This document shows positions 9,436-18,629 of a stretch of DNA of 64,000 nucleotides, in pieces. Both the position numbers and the translations under genes were made by a program. How positions within the stretch are numbered: position 1 is the stretch's first letter; every line of letters begins with the position of its first letter. This DNA comes from Bradymonadia bacterium. GTDB lineage: Bacteria; Myxococcota_A; Bradymonadia; UBA7976; UBA1532. The stretch lies in assembly GCA_046290225.1 (NCBI GenBank), contig JBKAGE010000082.1, forward strand, positions 203,402-267,401. Reading direction: 5' to 3'. Below the pieces are notes generated by a model, which was not told where the DNA came from, did no database searches, and saw only the letters and a program-made list of their open reading frames with translations.

Positions 9436-10218
9436 ATGATGTTCCGTGATCCACGCAAAGTCGTCCAAGATCGGATCAACATGCGGATCCAGAACGCCCA
9501 GATGCGGGCCAAGTCCCAAGTGCGTGGCGCTGGAGTCCGTGTCATCAGCGCAGGTGAGCGCAAGGCAAAGCAGGCCACCGACAACGCCAAAGCGAAAGCC
9601 AAAGGCAAAGGCCAAAAAGCCGCCCCAAACCAGGCGCCTCAGCAGGCGACTGCAGAAAAGAAGAAGTTCAGTTTGTGGCCCTTCGGTAAGAACAAGCAAG
9701 ACGCAGCTGGCCAGGCGCCCGCCTGCCACAGCTGTGGCCAGGCCATCGACCCTTCATGGGAGCTGTGCCCTTACTGCGGCACCAGCCTCGCCGAGGCCCC
9801 GGCCCCTCAAGCGCAAATGCAGGCAGCCCCCGTACCGGGTGCGCCGGTCCCTGCCATGCCCCAGATGACCGGGAACAAGACCCAGGCCATCAACCTCGAC
9901 GAGCTCGCCGGTCCCCAGAAGATGGTGGTGGGCTGGCTGGTCATCATGGAGGGCAACGAGAAGGGCCGTGACTTCAGGCTCTACGAGGGCCAGAACAGCA
10001 TCGGCGCCGCCGCTGACTGCAACATCGTGGTCAACGACGAGTACCTCTCGGCTCACCACGCCAGCATCCGATTCGACGATGGGCGCTACGAGTTGATCGA
10101 CAAAGACTCCACCAACGGGTGCTTCCTCAACGAGAAGCGCATCTCCCGCGAGGAGCTCGTCGACAACGACACCATCCGGCTGGGACGCACCCATCTCCGC
10201 TTCAAGGCGATCTATTGA
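9436..10218 (+). CDS. Zinc-ribbon + FHA domain protein
   Basis: CHSC...WELCPYC followed by VVGWLV...GQNSIG...LSAHHA...DSTNG, an FHA domain. Confidence 0.88.
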   Translation: MMFRDPRKVVQDRINMRIQNAQMRAKSQVRGAGVRVISAGERKAKQATDNAKAKAKGKGQKAAPNQAPQQATAEKKKFSLWPFGKNKQDAAGQAPACHSCGQAIDPSWELCPYCGTSLAEAPAPQAQMQAAPVPGAPVPAMPQMTGNKTQAINLDELAGPQKMVVGWLVIMEGNEKGRDFRLYEGQNSIGAAADCNIVVNDEYLSAHHASIRFDDGRYELIDKDSTNGCFLNEKRISREELVDNDTIRLGRTHLRFKAIY

Positions 10219-10282
10219 GCCTTGCACCTGACGAGGCATCCCGCCTCACGACCCCCTGACACACCGTGACGAGATCCCACTG

Positions 10283-11845
10283 ATGCGATCCATCATGTCT
10301 GGTCTGCGCGCAGGCCTTCTCTGCAGCGCCCCACTGCTCATCACCACGCTGATCGTCTCGGGCCTGATCATCACCGGCCTCGGCACCCCGGCCTACAGCC
10401 AGGGCAAGCAGCTCGCCAGCACCACCCAGCTGCGTCTCGACGCGGTGGACACCAGCAAGGGCAAAAAGGGCGAGCTGGTGCTCTTCGGCTCGTTCCTCAA
10501 CGAGTTTGGTCAGTCGGTGCCGGCGCTGAAGTCGGAGTACTGGACGATCCAGCTCGACGGCGAGCCCCTGGAGCTCGACCCCGAGTCCCTCACGGTGAAG
10601 TCGCTCAAGGACAGCGACGAGGGCGTCTACGTGGTGCTTGTGGCCATGGCCTGCTGCAACATGATGGCCGAGGAAGAGCAGTTCGCCGCCATCAAGAAGG
10701 GCATCGAGGAGATCCTCAACGGCCTGGGCAGCAAGGACCAGTCGGCGGTGGTGCTCTATCAAGAGGGCGTGCTCAAGACCAGCAGCCTCAACCCCTCTCA
10801 CGAAGAGGCGGTGGTCTGGCTCGGTCAGAAGGGCGAGGCCGACGGCACCGGGCCTCAGTTCTTCAGCGCCATCGAGCAGGCCCTGAAGTTCTTCCCGCCA
10901 GAGTTCGGCACCCTCAACTCGAACCGCCACATCATCGTCATCAGCGATGGCGACGATGTCGATCGCATCACCGATCGTTCAAAGACCCGCGAGAAGCTCA
11001 AGGCCCTCAAGACCAACGCCAACGCCAAGAAGGTGAAGGTGCACTCCATCGGCCTGGTCTTCGAGGGGCAGCAATCGGAGACCCTGGCCAATCTGCGCAC
11101 CCTCTCCGGTGGTACTGGCGGTGTCTATCGCGAGTCGAAGGACTTCACCCGCACCCGAGATCACCTCTCGGCCCTCAAGAGCCAGCTGCTCGAGCAGAAC
11201 GTGCTCTACGTGAAGACCAACGACTTCGAAGGCGAGAAGGACATCACCTACACCCTCTCGGTGAAGCACCCCAGCTCCGGCAAGGTGTTCAACGCCCTGG
11301 CCCCAGTCGTCGAGTACACCCCCGAGGTCGAGACGAACCTGTGGCGGAACATCCTGCTCATCAGCGGTGGCGTCGTGGGCCTCGGCCTCTTCGGCTGGCT
11401 GGGCATGATCCTTGTGCGCCGCATGGGCAACCGCGACACCGGCGAGGTCTTCGTCGACGCCGGCGAGGAAACCCGGGAGTGCGAGCAGTGCGGCAACACC
11501 ATCCCCGTAGACTGGATGGTCTGTAAATACTGCGAGGCCCTGCCCCACAAGGGCCGCCTCACGGTCATCAGCACGGGCGATCTCAACGGCCGGGTGTGGT
11601 TCATCAAAGAGTCTCTGGTGAACATCGGCCGCTCCGATGGGAACCACATCATGATCCCCGACACCACGGTGTCGAAGCGCCACGCGGGTATCAAGGTGGA
11701 CAATGGCCGCTTCGAGCTGGCGGACTTCGGCAGCACCTCGGGGGTGCTGGTGAACGGGCAACGCATCACCAAACGCTTCCTCAAAGACGGCGATGCGATC
11801 CACGTGGGCGGCATCGAGCTCGAATTCAAGCTCAAGAAGAGCTGA
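10283..11845 (+). CDS. Membrane protein with VWA-like domain, TM helix, zinc ribbon and C-terminal FHA
   Basis: Hydrophobic N-terminal signal. VWA-like IIVISDG...VKVHSIG...TGGVY. TM segment ILLISGGVVGLGLFGWLGMILV-RR. CEQC...CKYC. FHA motif IGR...VSKRHA. The start may be a few codons later. Confidence 0.85.
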   Translation: MRSIMSGLRAGLLCSAPLLITTLIVSGLIITGLGTPAYSQGKQLASTTQLRLDAVDTSKGKKGELVLFGSFLNEFGQSVPALKSEYWTIQLDGEPLELDPESLTVKSLKDSDEGVYVVLVAMACCNMMAEEEQFAAIKKGIEEILNGLGSKDQSAVVLYQEGVLKTSSLNPSHEEAVVWLGQKGEADGTGPQFFSAIEQALKFFPPEFGTLNSNRHIIVISDGDDVDRITDRSKTREKLKALKTNANAKKVKVHSIGLVFEGQQSETLANLRTLSGGTGGVYRESKDFTRTRDHLSALKSQLLEQNVLYVKTNDFEGEKDITYTLSVKHPSSGKVFNALAPVVEYTPEVETNLWRNILLISGGVVGLGLFGWLGMILVRRMGNRDTGEVFVDAGEETRECEQCGNTIPVDWMVCKYCEALPHKGRLTVISTGDLNGRVWFIKESLVNIGRSDGNHIMIPDTTVSKRHAGIKVDNGRFELADFGSTSGVLVNGQRITKRFLKDGDAIHVGGIELEFKLKKS

Positions 11846-11940
11846 CCCCTCCGCCGCTCAAGATTGCAGTCATATAAGCCCATCTTCTAGGATGAGCCTC
11901 GGATCGGGGGGGACCTCGAAGGGCTCAAGGAGGAGCGTAC

Positions 11941-13128
11941 GTGTCGCGTATCCCGCTCATTGGCTGGCTGCTGCTCGTCTTCATGGTGGGGGCGCCCTCA
12001 TCGGTGCTCGCTCAGGGTGCCCCGCAAGGTGCCGAAGAAGAGGTCGATCCTGCCTTCACACAGACCCTCAGTGAAGGGCAAGCTGCGTTCAAAGCCGGTC
12101 GGTTCAAAGAAGCCGCAGAGCTCTTTCGTCAGGCCTTCGAGATCGACCCTCGAGGCAACCTGCTCTTCAACGTGGCCATTTGCTACGAGAAGGCCGGGGA
12201 CACGATCGCTGCGGTGAAGTTCTACGAGCGCTTCATCGCTGCGGTGCCCAACGCCCGGAATCGGCCTCAGGTGCAACAGCAGATCGTGGCCCTCAAGGCT
12301 TCCCTCGCCGACAAATACGTCGAGGTGCAGGTCACCACTGCGCCCAAGGGGGCCTACGTCTTCATCGACTCGAAGTCTCAGGGCACCATCGGCGCCACCC
12401 CCACCACCCTCAAGCTGCTTCCCGGCAGCTACACCCTCATCGTCGAGAAGCCAGACTACGAGACCGTCAAGGTGCCCCTCGACGTCGCCGAGGGGCAGCC
12501 GCAGCAGCTCGAGTATGTGCTGGTGAACTCTCAGAAGGTGGGCTCGGTACGGCTGCGGATCCCCGAGAAAGGGGCCTCAGTCATGGTGGATGGCAAGAAC
12601 ATCGGCGTGAGCCCCATCAAAGATCCGATCCGGCTGCCCCAAGGGCCCCACGAGATCAGCGTGCTCAAGCCCGGTCTCACCCCCTGGAAGAAGAACGTCA
12701 ACGTCTTCGCGGGTCAGAACAGCGTCGTCACGGTGACTTTTCGCGAGGAAGACGCCTTCGACCCGCTCGGAGATGCGGGCAGTTCTGGCGGGGGTGACAA
12801 GCTCTGGGCCTACGTCACCATGGGCACCGGCGTGGCCATGATCGCCGGTGGCGTGTTCACGGGCTTGTCCGCCCAGTCTCTTCACGACGATCTCACCGCG
12901 AAGCGCGAGAACCAGGAGCTCATCGCTCAGAGCGACATTGATCTGGGCAACACCCTGGTTACCACCACCAACATCCTGCTCATCGGAGGCACTCTCGCCG
13001 CTGCCGGTGGCGCAGTGTGGTGGTACCTCAGCGATGACGAAGTCGACCCTGACGGCGAGATCCTCACCGGCGGGTTCTTCGCTTCGCCCGACGGCACCGC
13101 CGTCTTCCACCTCAAAGGGACTTTCTGA
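11941..13128 (+). CDS. TPR + PEGA domain protein
   Basis: Strong RBS AGGAGG, signal peptide, TPR helices (AAELFRQAFEIDP..NLLFNVAICYEKAG), two PEGA domains and a C-terminal hydrophobic hairpin. Confidence 0.88.
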   Translation: MSRIPLIGWLLLVFMVGAPSSVLAQGAPQGAEEEVDPAFTQTLSEGQAAFKAGRFKEAAELFRQAFEIDPRGNLLFNVAICYEKAGDTIAAVKFYERFIAAVPNARNRPQVQQQIVALKASLADKYVEVQVTTAPKGAYVFIDSKSQGTIGATPTTLKLLPGSYTLIVEKPDYETVKVPLDVAEGQPQQLEYVLVNSQKVGSVRLRIPEKGASVMVDGKNIGVSPIKDPIRLPQGPHEISVLKPGLTPWKKNVNVFAGQNSVVTVTFREEDAFDPLGDAGSSGGGDKLWAYVTMGTGVAMIAGGVFTGLSAQSLHDDLTAKRENQELIAQSDIDLGNTLVTTTNILLIGGTLAAAGGAVWWYLSDDEVDPDGEILTGGFFASPDGTAVFHLKGTF

Positions 13129-16100
13129 TGTCGCGCTCTCTCGCGGGGTGGCTGATCGCAAGCCTGGCCACCACCGCCGGCTGCTCTCTCGATTTCGACG
13201 AGTTCACCGAAGACACCAACACCCCCGACGTGCAGTTCACCGAGCCCGACCTGGGCCCGACCCCCGATGTCGGGCCCATGCCCGACGAAGGGCCCATGCC
13301 CGACATGGTGGTGGATCAGCCCGATGTCGGGCCCATGCCCGACATGATGGTCCTCGACACGGACGGCGACGGCATCAACGACGTCGACGACAACTGCCCT
13401 GATGTGGAGAACCCGGATCAGCTCGACGGCGACGGCGACATGATCGGCGATCTCTGCGACGCAGATCTGGACGGTGACGGCCTCGAGAACGGCATCGACA
13501 ACTGTCCGAACGTGAGCAACCCCGCTCAGGCCGACCTCGATCGCGACGAGATCGGCGATGTCTGTGACGACGACGCCGACAACGATGGCCTCACAGGCGA
13601 GCAGGAGCTGCTTCAGGGCCTCGATCCGCTGCGTCCTGACACGGATGCCGACGGATACCTCGACGGCGCCGACAATTGCCCTCAGGCCCCGGACCGTGTG
13701 GGCGGCGATGCCGATGGTGACGGCTATGGCGACGCCTGTGACACCGACGCCGACGGCGACGCGGTGCCCAACTGGCGGGACAACTGCCCCTTCACCCCGA
13801 ACCCCGATCAAGCGCTCGTCGAGGTCGAAGAAGGAGAGCCGCCCTCAAGGCGGGGTGCTGCCTGTGCGGACGACGCCGACAACGACGGGATCCTCGACGA
13901 CGCCGACAACTGCCCGTATGCGCCCAACCCCATCCAGGGCATCAGCCCTTGTGAGCCCCGGTTCGCGCCCCAGACCTATGGGCGCTCTGTCAACGCGCTC
14001 TATCGCAGCGGCGAGACGGTGTACGCCGGCACCTCTGGCGGTGAGCTGCGGGTGCAGGGCGACGACATCAGCCTCTACACCAACGCCGACGGCCTCGCCG
14101 GCAACAACGTCACTTCTGTGGTCCGCGACGCCGACGGTCGGCGCTGGCTGACCACCGACGACGGCCTCACGGTGATCCGGCCCGATGGGTTCCGCATGTC
14201 GATGCGGGCCTCTGATCCTGCAGGCAGCTTCACGGGCACCCTCAACGACGTAGCCGTCGACATCGAGAACGAGCGTGTGTGGGTGGGCACCGACGAGGGC
14301 CTCTTCCGCTTCGAATCGGGCGCCTGGGTCCCAACGGGGAACTTCATCAACGTGCGAGACCTCTGGCTCGAAACCACCGAAGAGGGCGATCGCGTGCTCT
14401 GGGTGGCCGACGAGGTGGCGGTGAACCGCATCACTGATCCCGCCAGCATCGTGGCGATCTTCGGACTCAACCCACTCATCCCGCCTTTCAAGGGTGTGGT
14501 GGGCGACGCAGACGACTACACCTGGATCCTTTCTGGCAACGGGGCGGGTCGCCTCGCCGAGAACGACACGCTCGTCGAAGATCGAACCTACATCGGCTTC
14601 GACGCCCGGGATCTGACCGACGCCCCTGATGGGGCACGCTACCTGGCCACCGAGGCCGGCGTCCGCCGGATCGACGCCGAGGGTCGCTTGTTCCCCGCTG
14701 GCACCCGAAACCTGCCCGACGCCGACATCCGCGCCCTCGCCACGGACGCTGACGGCAACCGCTGGGCAGCGACCGGTCGAGGCCTCGTGGTGCTCGACGG
14801 CTACTTCTCTCTCTTTGCCTCTGGAAACAACGGCCTCGCCAACCCCTGCGTCAACGCTTCGATCCGCGCCGAGGGCCTCATCTGGATGGGCACCGACGAC
14901 GGGCTCTTCACGCTGCCTGCCGACGGCACCCCTGTGGAGCAGGCCCGGGCTGACTTGCCGAGCACCAACATCTACACCCTTCAGCGGGTGGGCGACGAGG
15001 TCTGGGCCGGCACCACCGAGGGCATCGCTCGATATGATCTGGTGGGTGTCTACCTCGGCAGTGTCCGCGCTGAGGATGGGATCCCGGCAGGCACCATCGG
15101 CGACATCGAGCCCGGCAGCGAAGGTCAGGTCTGGGTGGGCAGCACCGAGTCGGGCCTCGCCCGCGGTGATCTGCAGGAAGACGGCACCTGGGCGTGGACC
15201 CTCTACACCCGCGAAGCGCAGGATCGCCTGCCCAGCGACGTGATCGAAGGCCTCTCGTGGTATGGCGGTACAGGCCAGCTCTGGATCGCCACCGACAATG
15301 GCCTCGGGCTCTACACCTCTGGTGAGGGCTTCCAGCCCCCCGTCCCCCAGCTCGTGGGGATCCCCCTCACCGACGTGGTCGTCGACGGTGACGGCAACCC
15401 CTACGCCGGCACGACAGCCTACCCAGCCGCAGCCCAGGGCCTGGGCGTCGCTGCACGCACCCCCATCGACGAAGAAGGTGGCGGCGGAGATTGGGTGTTC
15501 CTGCGCCGTGGTAACGCCGCATGGCCCACCTTCACCACCACCGACGAGGTGGAAGATCTCGCCCATGACGGGCGCTACCTGTGGGTGATGCTCGACGCCG
15601 GCCGCAGCACCCGCGGGGGCTGGCTCGCACGGATCCCCACCCCCATCGACGAGGGCCAGCTCCCAGAGGGTGTGGTCTTCGATACACTCAACGCCGATCT
15701 CCCCGCCACGGTGGGCAATTCCGCCCACTACAGCGAAGGCGAGTTGCACCTGGCTTACTGTGGTGATGACGCTCGCCCAGGTGGCGTCACTGTCATTGAC
15801 GGCGGCGGCCTCATCGAGCGTGATCTCTCCACCTATCAGGGGCTCGCCAACGATGGCGATGGCGTCTCCCTCACCCTCGATCACACTGGCGCGCCACTCT
15901 TCGTCGCTCGGACAGAAGAAGGCCTCGAGGCCTGGACCCTCAGCGCCGAGAGCCCCTACCGCGCCCCCTACGAGCTCGATCGGAACTCCGTGCGCAACGC
16001 CTTGCCTCAGGGTTGTGCCCTGCCTCCGGGCGGCACTCACCTGTGGTGTGTGCTCCAAGGCCGCGGCGTCGGTCGTCGAGATCCGGTCTCCGAGCAGTGG

Positions 16101-16730
16101 ACCGTCTATCTGACCAACGAAGACATCAGGGCCGTAGCCCCTGACAGCGACACCACCGCCTGGGTGGCCACCGGCGCAGGGGTGCGACGCATCAGCGGAG
16201 AGGGCACGCCTCAGCTCTTCAACCAGGCGAGCACCAATGGTGGGTTGCCCAGCGACGATGTTCAGGCCATCGCCATCCTCGATGACCAGGTCTACGCCGG
16301 CACCACCAATGGGCTGGGTGTGTACGATCCTGGTGCCGAGACCGAGTGGACTGCAGTGGGCCCTGAGCAGGGCCTCGATCAGCCCAATGTCACCCATTTG
16401 GCAATTCAGCTCGAGGGTCGGGTGTGGATCGGCACCGGTGACGGGCTCTACCTGCTCATCTCCGGCCTGCCCATCGAAGACTTCACCCTCGAAGACGGCC
16501 TGCCCAGCACCGAGATCACCAGCCTCACCACAGGGCCTGACAACAGCATCCTCGTCGGCACGCGCTCAGGGCTCACCCTCGGCGCATCTGTAGGCGGGCT
16601 CTGGGATTTCGAGACCAGCTACGGCTTCGTCGATGGTCAGCCCGGCCACGCGGTGTACGACATCGTGGTTGGCCGCGATGGTGATATCTGGGTCCGCTCG
16701 AACGACGGCGTCGCCCGTCTCGTGCGCTGA
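13128..16730 (+). CDS. Lipoprotein with thrombospondin type-3 repeats and multiple two-component-regulator-type beta-propeller repeats
   Basis: Lipobox TAGC, DxDGDG..D..DNCP...NPDQ repeats, and many GLP/S..V..L....G..W.GT..GL blades. TGATG coupling to the PEGA gene. Confidence 0.85.
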   Translation: MSRSLAGWLIASLATTAGCSLDFDEFTEDTNTPDVQFTEPDLGPTPDVGPMPDEGPMPDMVVDQPDVGPMPDMMVLDTDGDGINDVDDNCPDVENPDQLDGDGDMIGDLCDADLDGDGLENGIDNCPNVSNPAQADLDRDEIGDVCDDDADNDGLTGEQELLQGLDPLRPDTDADGYLDGADNCPQAPDRVGGDADGDGYGDACDTDADGDAVPNWRDNCPFTPNPDQALVEVEEGEPPSRRGAACADDADNDGILDDADNCPYAPNPIQGISPCEPRFAPQTYGRSVNALYRSGETVYAGTSGGELRVQGDDISLYTNADGLAGNNVTSVVRDADGRRWLTTDDGLTVIRPDGFRMSMRASDPAGSFTGTLNDVAVDIENERVWVGTDEGLFRFESGAWVPTGNFINVRDLWLETTEEGDRVLWVADEVAVNRITDPASIVAIFGLNPLIPPFKGVVGDADDYTWILSGNGAGRLAENDTLVEDRTYIGFDARDLTDAPDGARYLATEAGVRRIDAEGRLFPAGTRNLPDADIRALATDADGNRWAATGRGLVVLDGYFSLFASGNNGLANPCVNASIRAEGLIWMGTDDGLFTLPADGTPVEQARADLPSTNIYTLQRVGDEVWAGTTEGIARYDLVGVYLGSVRAEDGIPAGTIGDIEPGSEGQVWVGSTESGLARGDLQEDGTWAWTLYTREAQDRLPSDVIEGLSWYGGTGQLWIATDNGLGLYTSGEGFQPPVPQLVGIPLTDVVVDGDGNPYAGTTAYPAAAQGLGVAARTPIDEEGGGGDWVFLRRGNAAWPTFTTTDEVEDLAHDGRYLWVMLDAGRSTRGGWLARIPTPIDEGQLPEGVVFDTLNADLPATVGNSAHYSEGELHLAYCGDDARPGGVTVIDGGGLIERDLSTYQGLANDGDGVSLTLDHTGAPLFVARTEEGLEAWTLSAESPYRAPYELDRNSVRNALPQGCALPPGGTHLWCVLQGRGVGRRDPVSEQWTVYLTNEDIRAVAPDSDTTAWVATGAGVRRISGEGTPQLFNQASTNGGLPSDDVQAIAILDDQVYAGTTNGLGVYDPGAETEWTAVGPEQGLDQPNVTHLAIQLEGRVWIGTGDGLYLLISGLPIEDFTLEDGLPSTEITSLTTGPDNSILVGTRSGLTLGASVGGLWDFETSYGFVDGQPGHAVYDIVVGRDGDIWVRSNDGVARLVR

Positions 16731-16768
16731 GCGCTCTCAGCACAGTATTTTCTCGGTACAGTGCATTC

Positions 16769-18256
16769 TCAGAGCCAGGTCTCCACAGCCCCAGTCTCTG
16801 CCTCTTGGGGGCGCTGATATTGCCCCATCAGATCTGACAACCACTCTGGTGCCAGTGAATCGAAGACAAAGCCGCTCTCGTCTTCCTTGACCCACACCAC
16901 AGACCCTTCCAGTCCGTGGGGGGTGCCCTCGAGTGAGAGGGTGATGCTCTGGCCCACCTTGAGCAACTCGGGCGCATCTTCGGGCTGATGCACTCGGCAG
17001 CCTGACCGTGACAGCTCTTGCAGCAACACCCGATGCGTCTCGCCCTCGGCCGACAATGTACCCCACAGCCCTTGCACATGTACTCGCGGATACTTGCGCC
17101 GATTGCCCACATGGGACTTGCGCAGGGCAGTGAGGAAGGTCACCACCTCTCCACTGAGCTGGTTCGACGTGGTCTTGAGCACCGATGAAGCGCACAAGCT
17201 CTGACTGGCATGACCTGTCGCGTCGTCGAGCATCTCGTCGACCTTGCTCACAGCGCTGGCGATGCCCTCGGCGTCTTCCACAGTCTTCTGAATATGGCCG
17301 GAGATCTCTCGAGTCGTCGCCTCTTGCTGCACCACCGCACCAGAGATGCTGCCCACGCTCTGATTGATCTCGTCGATGGTGTGGCCGATCACTTTGATCG
17401 TCTCCACCACCTGTAGGGTCACGCGCTGAACCTCTTCAATCTCGGCCCCGATCTGCTCGGTTGCATCTGACGTCTGACGGGCCAGGCTCTTGACCTCGTC
17501 AGCAACGACGGCGAAGCCCTTACCTGCCTCCCCCGCCCGGGCAGCCTCGATGGTGGCGTTCAACGCCAGCAGGTTCGTCTTCTTCGCGATGGCCTCGATG
17601 AGGCCCGAGACATGACCGATGCTCTGCACTGCATCCGACAAGCCATTGACCACCTCCGCGGTGTGCTGCATTTCCGACACCGCCTCTTGAGCCGTCTCCG
17701 ATGACTCTGTGGTCAAGCGGGCGATCTCCGAGATTGTGGCGGTCATTTCTTCTGTCGAGCCTGCGAGGGCCTGCATGTGATCTGAGGCGTTGCGGGCCAT
17801 GTCGGTGATCTCGCTGTTGCGCGCCTGCGAGTTCATGGCCACCTCGCTGGTCTCAATCGACGCGTTCTCCACCATCTCTGCCGAGAAGTCGACCTGTTGC
17901 AACAGGCTGAAGACATTGCTCTCCAGCAATCGACCCATCTCCACCAACTGTTCGCTGAGGGTACTCACTTCGATGTCGTGCTCTGAAGGCTGGCTGCCCT
18001 CCTGAGCCTCTTCCACGGCATCACAGGCGGTCGCCGCCGTGATCTCGGACAGAGCCTCGTACCCAGACACTGGCTCAGATGCTTCACGGCTTCGGTGAGC
18101 CATGACCAGGCACCCGAGGCTGATCGCAACCGCAACGAAGCCGACCACCATGGGCGCCCAGGCGATGGCCACGAGCAACCCGATGTGGCAACCCACTTCG
18201 CCCCACAACCACACTGTTGATGTTCGTTTTGACGTTTGCGTGGAGGGGGTGTGCAC
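16769..18256 (-). CDS. Methyl-accepting chemotaxis protein with C-terminal PilZ domain
   Basis: IAKKTNLLALNATIEAARAGEAGKGFAVVADEVKSLA is the MCP signalling tip. Two N-terminal TM helices. C-terminal RRKYPR...ELSRSG...VVW PilZ. Confidence 0.92.
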   Translation of the reverse strand: MHTPSTQTSKRTSTVWLWGEVGCHIGLLVAIAWAPMVVGFVAVAISLGCLVMAHRSREASEPVSGYEALSEITAATACDAVEEAQEGSQPSEHDIEVSTLSEQLVEMGRLLESNVFSLLQQVDFSAEMVENASIETSEVAMNSQARNSEITDMARNASDHMQALAGSTEEMTATISEIARLTTESSETAQEAVSEMQHTAEVVNGLSDAVQSIGHVSGLIEAIAKKTNLLALNATIEAARAGEAGKGFAVVADEVKSLARQTSDATEQIGAEIEEVQRVTLQVVETIKVIGHTIDEINQSVGSISGAVVQQEATTREISGHIQKTVEDAEGIASAVSKVDEMLDDATGHASQSLCASSVLKTTSNQLSGEVVTFLTALRKSHVGNRRKYPRVHVQGLWGTLSAEGETHRVLLQELSRSGCRVHQPEDAPELLKVGQSITLSLEGTPHGLEGSVVWVKEDESGFVFDSLAPEWLSDLMGQYQRPQEAETGAVETWL

Positions 18257-18629
18257 AGTGGATCGCCTTTCATTTCAGACACGCTCTCACCTCTATTCGG
18301 AATCCTCAGTCCCGAATTCAAGGCAGGAGTCATCCTCAGACGACAAAAAACCAACCCATTTTGAGCCAAACATATCCTCAAAACGGAATACAAAAACGAT
18401 TCACAAGGTATGAACACCATTCAAAAAAGGTAAAACAAAGCCTGTCCACACTCATTGGGAGGGTGCACGACCATCTCAACTGGCCACTCATCACACCATG
18501 CATCACATCAATCAGTTGAACAGTGTTCATTCCTCAGCGACGAAATACATATGTGTTCACCCATCGTCATGGGACTGGCGCCTGCGCTCGAGGATGAGCG
18601 GCATCATGGACCCAGGCTGGGCCTGGGGA

